63,782 bases of DNA from contig JAFGGB010000112.1 in the NCBI GenBank assembly GCA_016930775.1, positions 1-63,782 of the forward strand, written 5' to 3'. The position numbers and the translations under genes are program-made. The notes beneath the pieces were generated by a model. The model saw nothing but the letters and a program-made list of their open reading frames with translations, did no database searches and was not told the origin of the DNA. The DNA is from Deltaproteobacteria bacterium (GTDB lineage: Bacteria > Desulfobacterota > Syntrophia > Syntrophales > UBA2210). Each line of letters starts with the position of its first letter. The first letter of the stretch is position 1. This document shows, in pieces, positions 36,884 to 47,317 of this stretch.

Positions 36884-37423
36884 TTAGGCTCCCGCTGACT
36901 TTCCAACTTTCCGACGCACCAGCTCACCGGCATACCTGATGCCTTTGCCCTTGTACGGTTCCGGTCTTTTGAGGGACCTGATCTCCGCTGCCGTCTTTCC
37001 CACCAGTTCCTTGTCGATGCCGGAAACTACGATATTGACCTGTTTCTCCACCTTCAGGGCGATTCCTTCAGGAACCTTGTATTCCACGGGACGCGAATAA
37101 CCCAGGTAAAGCCTGAGCATGGATCCATCAACTTCACCGCGATAGCCTACTCCTACCACTTCCAGTCCCTTTTGAAAACCGGCGCTTACGCCAGTTATCG
37201 CGTTCGCTAGCAGCGTGCGGGTAAGGCCGTGCAGCGATCTGGCATCTTGATCGTCGGCTAAGGACTTCACCGTGACGTTCTTGGCATCCACTTCGATGCC
37301 CAGCACGGTCGGAACATTCACCGACAGGATGCCCCTTGGTCCCTTAGCATCTACTTTGCCGTCAACCACGGTAACGGTGACCCCGTCAGGAATCATTATC
37401 GTTTTCTTGCCAATCCTCGACAT
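36884..37423 (-). CDS. rplF: 50S ribosomal protein L6
   Basis: MSRIGKK, GVGYR, PEPYKGKGIRY. Confidence 0.99.
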   Translation of the reverse strand: MSRIGKKTIMIPDGVTVTVVDGKVDAKGPRGILSVNVPTVLGIEVDAKNVTVKSLADDQDARSLHGLTRTLLANAITGVSAGFQKGLEVVGVGYRGEVDGSMLRLYLGYSRPVEYKVPEGIALKVEKQVNIVVSGIDKELVGKTAAEIRSLKRPEPYKGKGIRYAGELVRRKVGKSAGA

Positions 37424-37454
37424 TCCTCACACTCCCGGTCGTAACAACTTAATA

Positions 37455-37859
37455 TTACCAAACGTTGCAGAGGATTTCGCCGCCCACTTTTAGAGCCATA
37501 GCCTGTTTATCCGTCATTATTCCCTTGGACGTTGACAGAATAGCTACACCGAAACCGTTAAGCACCTTGGGAATACTGGAGCTGCCCCCATATATTCGCC
37601 TGCCCAGCTTGCTTACCCTCTGCACATCGCACACAACTCGCTCTCTTGTCTCAGTGTACTTCAAGTAGATTCGAAGTATATGATGCTTTTTCTGGCTGTC
37701 CCGCTTGACTTCATAACCCTTGATATACCCTGATTCCTTCAGAACCCGGCAGATCTCCTTGTTGATCTTGGACAACAGAACATCAACCTCTTTGTCCTTG
37801 TTCCGATTTGCGTTCCTGATGCGCGTCAGCATATCGGCAATAGGATCATTCACTCCCAT
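37455..37859 (-). CDS. rpsH: 30S ribosomal protein S8
   Basis: DPIADMLTRIRNA, STSKGIMTD, GGE. Confidence 0.99.
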   Translation of the reverse strand: MGVNDPIADMLTRIRNANRNKDKEVDVLLSKINKEICRVLKESGYIKGYEVKRDSQKKHHILRIYLKYTETRERVVCDVQRVSKLGRRIYGGSSSIPKVLNGFGVAILSTSKGIMTDKQAMALKVGGEILCNVW

Positions 37860-37873
37860 GCTGTCTCTCCTTC

Positions 37874-38059
37874 TTACCAGCTCGACTTGATCATGCCCGG
37901 GATTTCACCGTTCAACGCCCTTGCCCGGAGACATATCCGGCACATATCGTATATCCTGTAATAGGCGCGCGGTCTCCCGCAGATCGGGCATCTATTGTAC
38001 TGCCGAACCGAGAATTTCGCTGTTCGTTTCGCCTTTATGATCAATGATTTTTTTGCCAC
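37874..38059 (-). CDS. rpsZ: 30S ribosomal protein S14, zinc-binding type Z
   Basis: 61 aa; RCPICGR...CRIC...KSSW. Confidence 0.97.
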   Translation of the reverse strand: MAKKSLIIKAKRTAKFSVRQYNRCPICGRPRAYYRIYDMCRICLRARALNGEIPGMIKSSW

Positions 38060-38070
38060 ACCGATCCTCC

Positions 38071-38610
38071 CTAATTTCTGAACGGAACACCCATCAGCCG
38101 TAGAAGCTCCCGCGCCTCGTCATCCGTCTTCGCCGTAGTGACGATGGCGATGTTCATGCCGAGAACGTGCTCGACTTTATCGTAGTCGATTTCGGGGAAA
38201 ATATATTGTTCCTTAATGCCCATGGAAAAGTTGCCCATGCCGTCAAAGGATTTTTGCGAAATCCCCCTAAAGTCCCTGATCCGCGGAATAGCCACATTGA
38301 CAAGACGATCGAAGAACTCGTACATTCTCTGTTTTCTGAGTGTAACGGCACAGCCTATGGACATGCCTTCACGCAGCTTGAACGTGGCGATGGACTTCCT
38401 GGCCTTCTTAATGACAGGCCGCTGTCCGACGATCTTTGACAAATCTTCCACGGCGCTGTCAAGAATCTTAATGTTTTGGATAGCCTTGCCAAGTCCCATG
38501 TTGACGACAATCTTCTCCAGTTTTGGCACTTCCATCACGTTCCTGTAATTGAACTGCTTAGTCAAAGCAGGAATGACTTCCTTTAGATATAAATCTCGTA
38601 AACGCTCCAT
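38071..38610 (-). CDS. rplE: 50S ribosomal protein L5
   Basis: [26 protein letters not shown]. Confidence 0.99.
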   Translation of the reverse strand: MERLRDLYLKEVIPALTKQFNYRNVMEVPKLEKIVVNMGLGKAIQNIKILDSAVEDLSKIVGQRPVIKKARKSIATFKLREGMSIGCAVTLRKQRMYEFFDRLVNVAIPRIRDFRGISQKSFDGMGNFSMGIKEQYIFPEIDYDKVEHVLGMNIAIVTTAKTDDEARELLRLMGVPFRN

Positions 38611-38625
38611 TGACGTAACTCCGGC

Positions 38626-38937
38626 TTATTGGTCAATCGTCTCTTTGCACTTGCTGCATATCCGTGATTGCTTACCGTCCTCCAGTCGCTTGTAGCCGAC
38701 CCTGATGCCGGTGTCGCACTTGGAGCAGAGGGGCACTACATTTGAAAGATGAATAGAACCTTCTTTCTCCATGATTCCGCCCTTCCCGGTTTTATCGGGT
38801 CGCTTGTGCTTCTTCACCAGGTTCACCTTCTCAACGACGACCCTGTTCGTCTTCGTCAGGATAGAAAGGACCTTTCCGGTCTTTCCCTTTTCCTTGCCGG
38901 CGATAACCTTGACTTGATCACCCTTTTTGATGCGCAT
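38626..38937 (-). CDS. rplX: 50S ribosomal protein L24
   Basis: KKGD.V.VIAGK.KGK KOW motif, IHLSNV. Confidence 0.98.
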   Translation of the reverse strand: MRIKKGDQVKVIAGKEKGKTGKVLSILTKTNRVVVEKVNLVKKHKRPDKTGKGGIMEKEGSIHLSNVVPLCSKCDTGIRVGYKRLEDGKQSRICSKCKETIDQ

Positions 38938-38969
38938 TGGTCTATATTCCCGTTCAATTTTGTCGTTAA

Positions 38970-39338
38970 TTAAATTACCTCGGGCGCAAGGGAAACAATT
39001 TTCATAAACTGCTTTGCGCGCAACTCCCGTGCAACCGGTCCAAATATTCTGGTTCCGATGGGATCAAGGGCGTTATTGATGAGCACTGCCGAATTCTCGT
39101 CAAAACGGAGATACGAACCGTCTTCGCGTCCTATTTCTTTTACAGTCCTTACGACAACCGCCTTGTGCACGTCGCCTTTTTTGACCTTGGAGTTCGGAAT
39201 AGCTTCCTTTACGGAAACGACTATTATGTCCCCCACGCTGGCGTACCGTCTCTTCGATCCGCCAAGAACCTTTATACAGAACACTTTTTTGGCGCCAGAA
39301 TTATCGGCCACGTTCAATATTGTCTGCATCTGAATCAT
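38970..39338 (-). CDS. rplN: 50S ribosomal protein L14
   Basis: [26 protein letters not shown]. Confidence 0.99.
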   Translation of the reverse strand: MIQMQTILNVADNSGAKKVFCIKVLGGSKRRYASVGDIIVVSVKEAIPNSKVKKGDVHKAVVVRTVKEIGREDGSYLRFDENSAVLINNALDPIGTRIFGPVARELRAKQFMKIVSLAPEVI

Positions 39339-39378
39339 AGGAATAACTCCATGAGAGCAAAACTACCAGGGCAGTCCG

Positions 39379-39636
39379 CTACTTTGCCTTTTCGACGATC
39401 GTTCTTACCCGCCATCGCTTCATGCGACTCAGCGGCCGCGACTCCGCGATGAGCACCCTGTCGCCCACGCCGCAGGTGTTGTTTTCGTCGTGGGCATGAT
39501 ACTTCTTGCGACGCCGAATGAATTTCTGGAACTTCGGATGCTTAACAAGTCGTTCCGTCATTACAACGACTGTCTTATTCATACTGTTGCTGACAACGAC
39601 GCCCTGCATTGTTCTTCGAATACCGTGGCTATCCAT
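39379..39636 (-). CDS. rpsQ: 30S ribosomal protein S17
   Basis: GVVVS..MNKT, AHDE, ESRPLS. Confidence 0.98.
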   Translation of the reverse strand: MDSHGIRRTMQGVVVSNSMNKTVVVMTERLVKHPKFQKFIRRRKKYHAHDENNTCGVGDRVLIAESRPLSRMKRWRVRTIVEKAK

Positions 39637-39639
39637 TTC

Positions 39640-39834
39640 CTACTTCAGCCCTCCTTTATGCCTCAACACCGTCTTCATGCGGGCCACATCCCGTCTCAGG
39701 TTCCGCAAGGATGCCGGCGAATCGAGCTGACCTGTGGCATGTCGGAACTGGAGCTTGAAATACTCCTCGACCAGCTTCTTTTCCTTTTCTACGAGCTCGT
39801 CGAGATTGAGATCTCTAACTTCTCGAATCTTCAT
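39640..39834 (-). CDS. rpmC: 50S ribosomal protein L29
   Basis: [19 protein letters not shown]; position. Confidence 0.96.
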   Translation of the reverse strand: MKIREVRDLNLDELVEKEKKLVEEYFKLQFRHATGQLDSPASLRNLRRDVARMKTVLRHKGGLK

Positions 39835-40246
39835 TAAATATCTCCCTAGCTAGAAATTCTGTCGCTACGGGTAATTTGTATGCGGCTAGACGCATGGCTT
39901 CACGGGCCACATCTTCGGCAACGCCCTCGATTTCGTAGAGAACCGTGCCTCTTTTCACAATGGCGACCCACTCCTCCGGCGTTCCTTTACCCTTGCCCAT
40001 TCTTGTCTCAGCCGGTTTCTTTGTGATGGAGCTGTGGGGGAAGATCCTGATCCAAACCTTGGCGCCACGCTTGACATGCCGGGTGATGGCAATACGGGCC
40101 GATTCGATTTGACGGGCAGAGATACGACCCGCCTCTGCGGCCTGAAGACCATACTCGCCGAAATCTATTGTACAGGCCTTTGTTGCATTTCCATGGGCCT
40201 GAACCTTCTGCAGCTTCCTGTACTTAACTTTCTTTGGCGCTAACAC
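39815..40246 (-). CDS. rplP: 50S ribosomal protein L16
   Basis: [26 protein letters not shown]. Confidence 0.99.
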   Translation of the reverse strand: MLAPKKVKYRKLQKVQAHGNATKACTIDFGEYGLQAAEAGRISARQIESARIAITRHVKRGAKVWIRIFPHSSITKKPAETRMGKGKGTPEEWVAIVKRGTVLYEIEGVAEDVAREAMRLAAYKLPVATEFLAREIFNEDSRS

Positions 40247-40301
40247 GATTCACATTCCTCATGATTCTCTTCGGTCTATTGACGCTCTTCGGAAGAACAG
40301 G

Positions 40302-40958
40302 TCATGCCGTCTGAAGCTCTTCCTTTTTCCCCGGCAACACCTCGCCATGGAAAACCCAAACCTTTATGCCTATGGCGCCGTATGCAGTCCTTGCAATGGC
40401 ATATCCGTAGTCTATATCGGCTCTCAGAGTATGCAACGGGACGCGGCCTTCACGGTACCATTCGCGGCGCGACATTTCCGCGCCGCCGAGACGGCCCGCA
40501 CAGGCGATGCGCACACCTTTTGCGCCGAATTTCAGCGCCGAGGTTACGCTTCTCTTCATGGCGCGTCGAAATCCGACTCGTCGCTCCAGTTGCAATGCCA
40601 CATTCTCTGCAACGAGCTGCGCATCTACTTCGGGTTTTCGTATCTCGACAATATTGATGATCACTTCGCCCGTTACCATTTTTTCGAGATCCTGCTTTGC
40701 CTTCTCTATCTCGGCGCCCTTTCTGCCGATGACGATGCCGGGGCGGGCAGTATGAATATTGATCTTCAGCTTGTCGACGGCTCGCTCTATTTCTATTTTC
40801 GCTATGCCGGCGTGGTAGAACTTCTTCTTCACGTAGCCCCGAATCTTGATATCTTCGTGAAGATACTTCCGGAAGTTCTTCTTATCGGCAAACCAGAGCG
40901 AACTCCAGGTCTTATTGATCCCTAACCGAAAACCGATTGGATTAACCTTCTGCCCCAA
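40302..40958 (-). CDS. rpsC: 30S ribosomal protein S3
   Basis: [34 protein letters not shown]. Confidence 0.99.
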   Translation of the reverse strand: MGQKVNPIGFRLGINKTWSSLWFADKKNFRKYLHEDIKIRGYVKKKFYHAGIAKIEIERAVDKLKINIHTARPGIVIGRKGAEIEKAKQDLEKMVTGEVIINIVEIRKPEVDAQLVAENVALQLERRVGFRRAMKRSVTSALKFGAKGVRIACAGRLGGAEMSRREWYREGRVPLHTLRADIDYGYAIARTAYGAIGIKVWVFHGEVLPGKKEELQTA

Positions 40959-40975
40959 ACTTCACCTCCCTGCAA

Positions 40976-41308
40976 TCACTTCTCGTCGAGAACGATTGAT
41001 ATGTGGCTGGTTCTCTTTTTAATGCCCGCAGCTCGCCCCTGGGCTCTCGCCCTCCAGCGCTTCAGCGTGGGACCCTGATCCGCGTATGCCTTTTTGACGA
41101 AGAGAACCTTCTCGTCTATGTTCGGATTCTGGGTTGCATTAGCCAGAGCCGACATCAGCACTTTTTTTATCAGACCCGACGCCTTCTTGGGAGTCTGGTC
41201 CAAAATGCGCTTCGCCTCTGCCGTGGCCTTGCCGCGTATCATGTCTATTACTAGCCGGACTTTCTGAGGCGATATCCGGACATATTTGCCTGTTGCTCGT
41301 GCTTCCAT
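40976..41308 (-). CDS. rplV: 50S ribosomal protein L22
   Basis: RISPQKVRLV, GPTLKR, RAQGRA, TSHI; start at MEARA. Confidence 0.98.
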   Translation of the reverse strand: MEARATGKYVRISPQKVRLVIDMIRGKATAEAKRILDQTPKKASGLIKKVLMSALANATQNPNIDEKVLFVKKAYADQGPTLKRWRARAQGRAAGIKKRTSHISIVLDEK

Positions 41309-41358
41309 GATGTGTTGCTTCCTCAATTCATTTGTTTCATCACCGGCTCGGCGACTTC

Positions 41359-41643
41359 TTAACGTTGCTTCAGCTTCGACTTCCTGTCGCCTGCATGGCT
41401 GTAAAACGTCCGGGTCGGCGCAAATTCACCAAATTTGTGTCCTATCATGTTCTCCGTGACGAAAACGGGAATGAACTTCTTTCCGTTATGCACCGCAAAG
41501 GTATATCCGATCAACTCGGGAATGATCGTGGACCGGCGGGACCAAGTCTTAATGACGGTCCTGCTGCCGGCCTCTTCGGCCTTGCGTACCTTATTAATGA
41601 GCTTTTCGTCGATGTATGGACCCTTTTTGATTGATCGTCCCAC
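41359..41643 (-). CDS. rpsS: 30S ribosomal protein S19
   Basis: RSIKKGP, KTWSRRS, GHKFGEF. Confidence 0.99.
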   Translation of the reverse strand: MGRSIKKGPYIDEKLINKVRKAEEAGSRTVIKTWSRRSTIIPELIGYTFAVHNGKKFIPVFVTENMIGHKFGEFAPTRTFYSHAGDRKSKLKQR

Positions 41644-41646
41644 GCC

Positions 41647-42468
41647 CTAACCTCTTCTCTTCACGATATATTTGTCAGAATATCGGTTGCGCCTTGTCTT
41701 GAAGCCCTTCGTAGGAACCCCCCAGGGAGTGCAGGGATGTCGGCCGCCCGAGGACTTGCCCTCACCGCCTCCCATGGGATGATCAACGGGATTCATGGCC
41801 ACTCCCCGGACTTTGGGTCGACGTCCGAGCCACCGAGTTCGGCCTGCCTTCCCTAAGGTAATATTTTCGTGTTCGATATTGCCAACTTGTCCTATTGTAG
41901 CCTTGCATTCGATGCGAATCTTGCGCACCTCGCCGGAGGGAAGCCTGACTTGAGCGTACTCGCCTTCCTTGGCCATGAGCTGGCCCGCCGTTCCGGCGCT
42001 CCTGATCATCTGGCCTCCCTTGCCTATCCGGAGCTCAATATTGTGAATCTGCGTTCCCAAGGGTATGTTTTTCAAGGGAAGCGTATTGCCCGGCTTAATA
42101 TCGGCGCTGTCGCTTGCGATAACCGTGTCGCCTACGGAAAGGCCCGTTGGCGCCAGTATATATCGTCTCTCGCCGTCAACATAGTTCACAAGAGCTATTC
42201 TGGCCGATCGGTTGGGATCGTACTCAATAGTGGCCACTGTAGCCGGTATCTCCGTCTTGTCGCGACGGAAATCGACAATGCGATATTTTCTCTTGTGACC
42301 GCCGCCAATATGACGGCTGGTTATCCGGCCATAGTTGTTCCGGCCGCCGGTCTTCTTCATGGACTTCACAAGGCCCTTAACGGGCGCCTCTGATGTGATC
42401 TCCTCAAATGAAGATCCGGTGATGAACCGTCGACTTGGTGATGTCGGCTTATAGGTCTTTACAGCCAT
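41647..42468 (-). CDS. rplB: 50S ribosomal protein L2
   Basis: [25 protein letters not shown]. Confidence 0.99.
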   Translation of the reverse strand: MAVKTYKPTSPSRRFITGSSFEEITSEAPVKGLVKSMKKTGGRNNYGRITSRHIGGGHKRKYRIVDFRRDKTEIPATVATIEYDPNRSARIALVNYVDGERRYILAPTGLSVGDTVIASDSADIKPGNTLPLKNIPLGTQIHNIELRIGKGGQMIRSAGTAGQLMAKEGEYAQVRLPSGEVRKIRIECKATIGQVGNIEHENITLGKAGRTRWLGRRPKVRGVAMNPVDHPMGGGEGKSSGGRHPCTPWGVPTKGFKTRRNRYSDKYIVKRRG

Positions 42469-42473
42469 GGACC

Positions 42474-42761
42474 TTATACTCCTTGGAATATCTCGATGGA
42501 GCCGCCGGGCGCCACGGTGACGACAGCCTTTTTCCAGTCGTTTCGTCTGCCCATCGTCCGTCCCAGGCGCTTCTTTTTCCCCATCATGTTCATGGTACGC
42601 ACGTCCAGGACCTTGACCTTGAAGATCTTCTCGACAGCGCTTCTGATTTCGATCTTCGTTGCCCGCCTGTCCACTTCAAAGGCGTACGTGTTTGCGTCTT
42701 CCCGATCGCGGGTGCTCTTCTCCGTTACCAGAGGCTTCTTGATGATACTGTATAGTTCCAT
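42474..42761 (-). CDS. rplW: 50S ribosomal protein L23
   Basis: PLVTEKS, ATK.EI..AVE, WKKAVVT. Confidence 0.98.
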   Translation of the reverse strand: MELYSIIKKPLVTEKSTRDREDANTYAFEVDRRATKIEIRSAVEKIFKVKVLDVRTMNMMGKKKRLGRTMGRRNDWKKAVVTVAPGGSIEIFQGV

Positions 42762-43384
42762 TATGACGACAACGCCCCCTCTATCATTTTCACCGAGGGT
42801 TCCAAAAGAAGGAGGTGATCGTATTTCATGAGATCATAAACATTGAGGCCCTCGGCACGCATCATCTTCACATCGGGCAGGTTTTTCGACGAACGCTCAA
42901 GGATCTCGTTCTTGCCATCTATAACGACAAGCGTCTTCTTCAAACCGAACCGGTCAAGAACCTGCTTAAAGATCTTCGTCTTTATTTCTTCCATGGGAAA
43001 TTCACGCAGAACGAGCAACTTCTGTTCCACGATTTTCATGGAGAGAGCCGATCGAAGAGCCGCCTTTCGAACCTTTTTCGGAACCTGATATGAATAATCC
43101 CGAGGCTTAGGCCCGAAGACTATTCCCCCTCCTCGCCACACAGGCGATCGCGTCGTGCCGGAACGGGCGCGACCCGTCCCCTTCTGCCTCCAGGGCTTCC
43201 GGCCTCCGCCGGATATTTCGCCCCTCGTCTTCGTCGAGGATGTGCCCTGGCGCCTGTTCGCCATCTGCATTTTCACTACTTCATACATTATATCCCTGTT
43301 GACGGCAGCGGCAAAGACAGCATCGCTCAGTTCAAGATCTCCGACCTTATTCTTCTCAATGTCGTATACATCTACATGCGGCAT
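42761..43384 (-). CDS. rplD: 50S ribosomal protein L4
   Basis: [25 protein letters not shown]; start at MPHVD. Confidence 0.98.
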   Translation of the reverse strand: MPHVDVYDIEKNKVGDLELSDAVFAAAVNRDIMYEVVKMQMANRRQGTSSTKTRGEISGGGRKPWRQKGTGRARSGTTRSPVWRGGGIVFGPKPRDYSYQVPKKVRKAALRSALSMKIVEQKLLVLREFPMEEIKTKIFKQVLDRFGLKKTLVVIDGKNEILERSSKNLPDVKMMRAEGLNVYDLMKYDHLLLLEPSVKMIEGALSS

Positions 43385-43394
43385 GATACACACA

Positions 43395-44033
43395 TTATCC
43401 TTGCAGTTTTTTTGCATCCTGAACGAGAACCATTCCATTGACGCTTCCGGGAACCGGTCCGCTTACAAAAAGGAGGTTCCGTTCCGGGCGCATACCCACG
43501 ACCATGAGATTCTGCACAGTCTGCCGGACAGCTCCCATATGGCCGGGAAGCTTCTTCCCCTTGAATACGCGGGACGGAAAGGCGCTCGCACCTATAGATC
43601 CCGGCGCCCTGTGAAACATCGAACCATGGCTCGCGCGTCCGCCCCGAAATCCGTGGCGCTTTACGGCGCCCGTAAATCCGCGACCCTTGGTCGTTCCGAT
43701 GACATCAACATAATCACCTATCGTGAAAATATCGGTCCCCATCTGCTGCCCCACCTCGTAATCATCGGGCGATTCGATGCGGATCTCCTTGAAAAATCGG
43801 AAACACCCCTTGCCTGACTTCGCGCAGTGCCCTGCGATCGGTTTAGTGACCCTTTTTTCATCGACCCGTCCGAATCCGATCTGGATCGCATTGTATCCGT
43901 CGGTTTCCTCGGTCTTCTTCTGTACAACGACGCAGGGACCCATCTCGATCACTGTTACCGGCATGACAGATCCATCATCCCAAAACAACTGCGTCATCCC
44001 CAGTTTTTTTCCTATCAGTCCTCGTTTCATCAC
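43395..44033 (-). CDS. rplC: 50S ribosomal protein L3
   Basis: KKLGMTQ, DGYNAIQ, RAPGSIG, KLPGHMG. Confidence 0.99.
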   Translation of the reverse strand: MMKRGLIGKKLGMTQLFWDDGSVMPVTVIEMGPCVVVQKKTEETDGYNAIQIGFGRVDEKRVTKPIAGHCAKSGKGCFRFFKEIRIESPDDYEVGQQMGTDIFTIGDYVDVIGTTKGRGFTGAVKRHGFRGGRASHGSMFHRAPGSIGASAFPSRVFKGKKLPGHMGAVRQTVQNLMVVGMRPERNLLFVSGPVPGSVNGMVLVQDAKKLQG

Positions 44034-44117
44034 ACACTACTTCCCATATAGTCGGCATCGACGAAAAGGAGGGGATGGCCAGAAAAAGGATTGATCCATC
44101 TCCTCTTGTATCGGTTG

Positions 44118-44426
44118 TTACAGTTTTATCTCGACATCCACGCCCGCTGACAGATCCAGCTTCATCAGCGTATCAACGGTTGCCTGGGTCGGCTCGATGA
44201 TGTCGATGAGCCTCTTATGCGTTCTGATCTCAAACTGCTCTCTGGACTTCTTATCCACATGAGGCGACCTGTTAACGCACACTTTGCTGATTTTCGTAGG
44301 CAACGGGATGGGACCCCCAACCCGCGCTCCGGTCCGCCGAGCCGTTTCCACAATATCCGCCGCAGAACGGTCCAGCAGTTTGTAATCGTACGCCTTGAGA
44401 CGAATCCTTATTTTCTGACTATCCAT
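44118..44426 (-). CDS. rpsJ: 30S ribosomal protein S10
   Basis: [27 protein letters not shown]. Confidence 0.99.
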   Translation of the reverse strand: MDSQKIRIRLKAYDYKLLDRSAADIVETARRTGARVGGPIPLPTKISKVCVNRSPHVDKKSREQFEIRTHKRLIDIIEPTQATVDTLMKLDLSAGVDVEIKL

Positions 44427-44454
44427 GGTTCCTCAAATCCGCATAGTGCCTTCG

Positions 44455-45648
44455 TTATTCAATAATGGAGCTGATGACGCCGGCGCCGACGGTCCTGCCG
44501 CCCTCGCGAATCGCAAACCGGAGCTGCTCTTCCATAGCGATAGGAGTAATAAGCTCGGCCGTCATTTCCACGTTGTCGCCGGGCATTATCATTTCGACTC
44601 CCTCGGGCAATTGAATCGAACCCGTCACATCGGTGGTCCTGAAGTAGAACTGGGGACGGTAACCGTTAAAAAATGGCGTGTGGCGGCCCCCTTCTTCCTT
44701 CGTCAGAACATAGACTTGGGCTTTGAATTTGGTGTGGGGCGTAATGGAGCCCGGTTTAGCAACAACCTGGCCACGTTCCACTTCCTCGCGCTTTGTGCCC
44801 CTGAGGAGCACGCCCACGTCGTCGCCGGCGCGGCCTTCGTCGAGGGTTTTCCGAAACATTTCAACCCCGGTGCAAACCGTTTTAAAGGTAGGACGGATTC
44901 CAATGATTTCAACCTCATCTCCCGTTCTGACAATGCCGCGGTCCACCCTGCCCGTAACAACGGTGCCACGACCCGAGATCGTGAATACATCACCGATGGG
45001 CATCAAAAAGGGCTTGTCAAGATCGCGTACCGGCTCGGGAATAAAAGCGTCAACAGCATCCATGAGCTCGAAGACACACTTGGCATCCGGAGAGTTAACG
45101 TCGTCGGTTTCGAGGGCCTTCAGTGCGGAGCCCCTGATGATCGGAGTGTCGTCGCCCGGAAAGTTGTAGCTTGAGAGAAGTTCCCTGAGTTCCAGTTCAA
45201 CGAGATCGAGAAGCTCTGGATCATCAACCAGATCGACCTTGTTCATGAAAACGACAACGGAAGGAACCTGCACCTGACGGGCGAGCAGGATGTGCTCCCG
45301 CGTCTGAGGCATAGGACCGTCTGATGCGGCAACGACAAGCACTGCCCCATCCATATGGGCGGCGCCGGAGATCATATTCTTGATGTAGTCGGCGTGACCC
45401 GGACAATCAACGTGAGCGTAATGACGCTTCACCGTTTGATACTCTACGTGAGCTATATTAATAGTAACACCCCGTTCCTTCTCCTCGGGGGCATTGTCGA
45501 TCTGATCGAATGCCTTGTATTCGGCAAGACCCTTCTTTGCAAGGTGCTTGGTAATCGCCGCCGTAAGCGTTGTCTTTCCGTGATCAACGTGACCGATGGT
45601 GCCTATATTAACATGCGGTTTAGTTCTCTCAAATTTTTTCTTGGCCAT
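44455..45648 (-). CDS. tuf: Elongation factor Tu
   Basis: [37 protein letters not shown]. Confidence 0.99.
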   Translation of the reverse strand: MAKKKFERTKPHVNIGTIGHVDHGKTTLTAAITKHLAKKGLAEYKAFDQIDNAPEEKERGVTINIAHVEYQTVKRHYAHVDCPGHADYIKNMISGAAHMDGAVLVVAASDGPMPQTREHILLARQVQVPSVVVFMNKVDLVDDPELLDLVELELRELLSSYNFPGDDTPIIRGSALKALETDDVNSPDAKCVFELMDAVDAFIPEPVRDLDKPFLMPIGDVFTISGRGTVVTGRVDRGIVRTGDEVEIIGIRPTFKTVCTGVEMFRKTLDEGRAGDDVGVLLRGTKREEVERGQVVAKPGSITPHTKFKAQVYVLTKEEGGRHTPFFNGYRPQFYFRTTDVTGSIQLPEGVEMIMPGDNVEMTAELITPIAMEEQLRFAIREGGRTVGAGVISSIIE

Positions 45649-45659
45649 ATCAATTACCT

Positions 45660-46320
45660 CCTTCGGTTAAAATGGATAATCGCTCTCGCTATAATTTCTT
45701 GCACGCTGCTCGTCCGAAGCGTCTCCTCTCAACAATCTTTCGGGCCAAGTTTTAAAGAGGGCGCTGTCACGTAAAAAAGCATTTCCTTTTCTTCCTCGAC
45801 TTCGGTCCAACAGCGATGGCGTCGACGGCTTCCTGAAATCCAGGGGCTCACATCGAATCTGACGCCTGCCGTCACAGCGCCTGCGACTAGCAGAGCTTCC
45901 ACACTATCCTGTCGAGACTGCTGCGACCGTCGCCGGCAGAAAATCTGCGATACCGTTAATGAAAGTTTCCCCCTTTGACGACATCTGCGAGACACCCGTC
46001 GTCCGCGGACCTGCTTTTCAATTTCCGTTACGAACCCTGAGCGCTCAGGCCGTCTCTATGGAAACTTCACTATGACCGGTCGCATCAATCAGATTGACGA
46101 GACGGTCCGCCCAGGAACAAACAATGGCGGCCGTCGCACTCGTTCTGCCGCTTTTCTGTTCCTGCTCCATCCAGTCCTCGACGGTGGAACCGTCTCGGAC
46201 TTCAACCCTCTTGCTGGAAACCTTCGTACAGTAGAGTATCCGCCCCGTCGTCGTTCCGGCATCTAAATGGTCCATAATGCCGATATTGCGGACCCTATGT
46301 AAAGGAACAGATCGTGCCGC
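45660..46320 (-). pseudogene. fusA (pseudo): Eroded, internally deleted elongation factor G relic
   Basis: Canonical rpsG-fusA-tuf slot. Translates ARSVPLHRVRNIGIMDHLDAG--TTTGRIL...DWMEQEQ...VNLIDATGH...ETA*ALRV; GCG at the start position; VQEIIARA-like C-terminal trace before tuf; about one third of normal length. Confidence 0.9.
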
Positions 46321-46364
46321 GACGCACCATCGATCACCACAAGCTGACCAATAGATTGCGCCTA

Positions 46365-46850
<486 letters not shown>

Positions 46851-47222
46851 TTACTTCGGCCTCTTTGCGCCGTATTTCGATCTTGACTGCTTCCGGTCCT
46901 GAACACCATGAGCGTCGAGCGTTCCTCGAACGATGTGGTAGCGGACGCCCGGAAGGTCCTTAACGCGCCCCCCCCTTACAAGTACAACGGAGTGCTCCTG
47001 AAGATTGTGCCCTACTCCTGGTATATAGGACGTGACCTCATAGCCGCTCGTAAGACGAACGCGGGCCACTTTACGTAAGGCCGAGTTTGGCTTCTTCGGT
47101 GTCGTTGTATAGACGCGGATGCAGACGCCGCGGCGTTGGGGACATCCGGCAAGGGCCGGCGCCTTTTCCTTTTTCCGAACCTTCTGTCTACCCTTGCGAA
47201 CCAGTTGGTTAATAGTCGGCAT
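46851..47222 (-). CDS. rpsL: 30S ribosomal protein S12
   Basis: [26 protein letters not shown]. Confidence 0.99.
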   Translation of the reverse strand: MPTINQLVRKGRQKVRKKEKAPALAGCPQRRGVCIRVYTTTPKKPNSALRKVARVRLTSGYEVTSYIPGVGHNLQEHSVVLVRGGRVKDLPGVRYHIVRGTLDAHGVQDRKQSRSKYGAKRPK

Positions 47223-47288
47223 TCGTCCTCCAAACCTAACAATCTATACCTTGCCTTCGACAGCGCAATCCGCTACAAAAAGAAAGGC

Positions 47289-47317
47289 TTTGTATCAATT
47301 CGCGGCTTCACTGTCAA
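47289..47317 (-). promoter_or_regulatory. Putative sigma70 promoter of the str operon overlapping the rpoC stop
   Basis: Minus strand TTGACA-N17-TACAAA. Confidence 0.55.
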
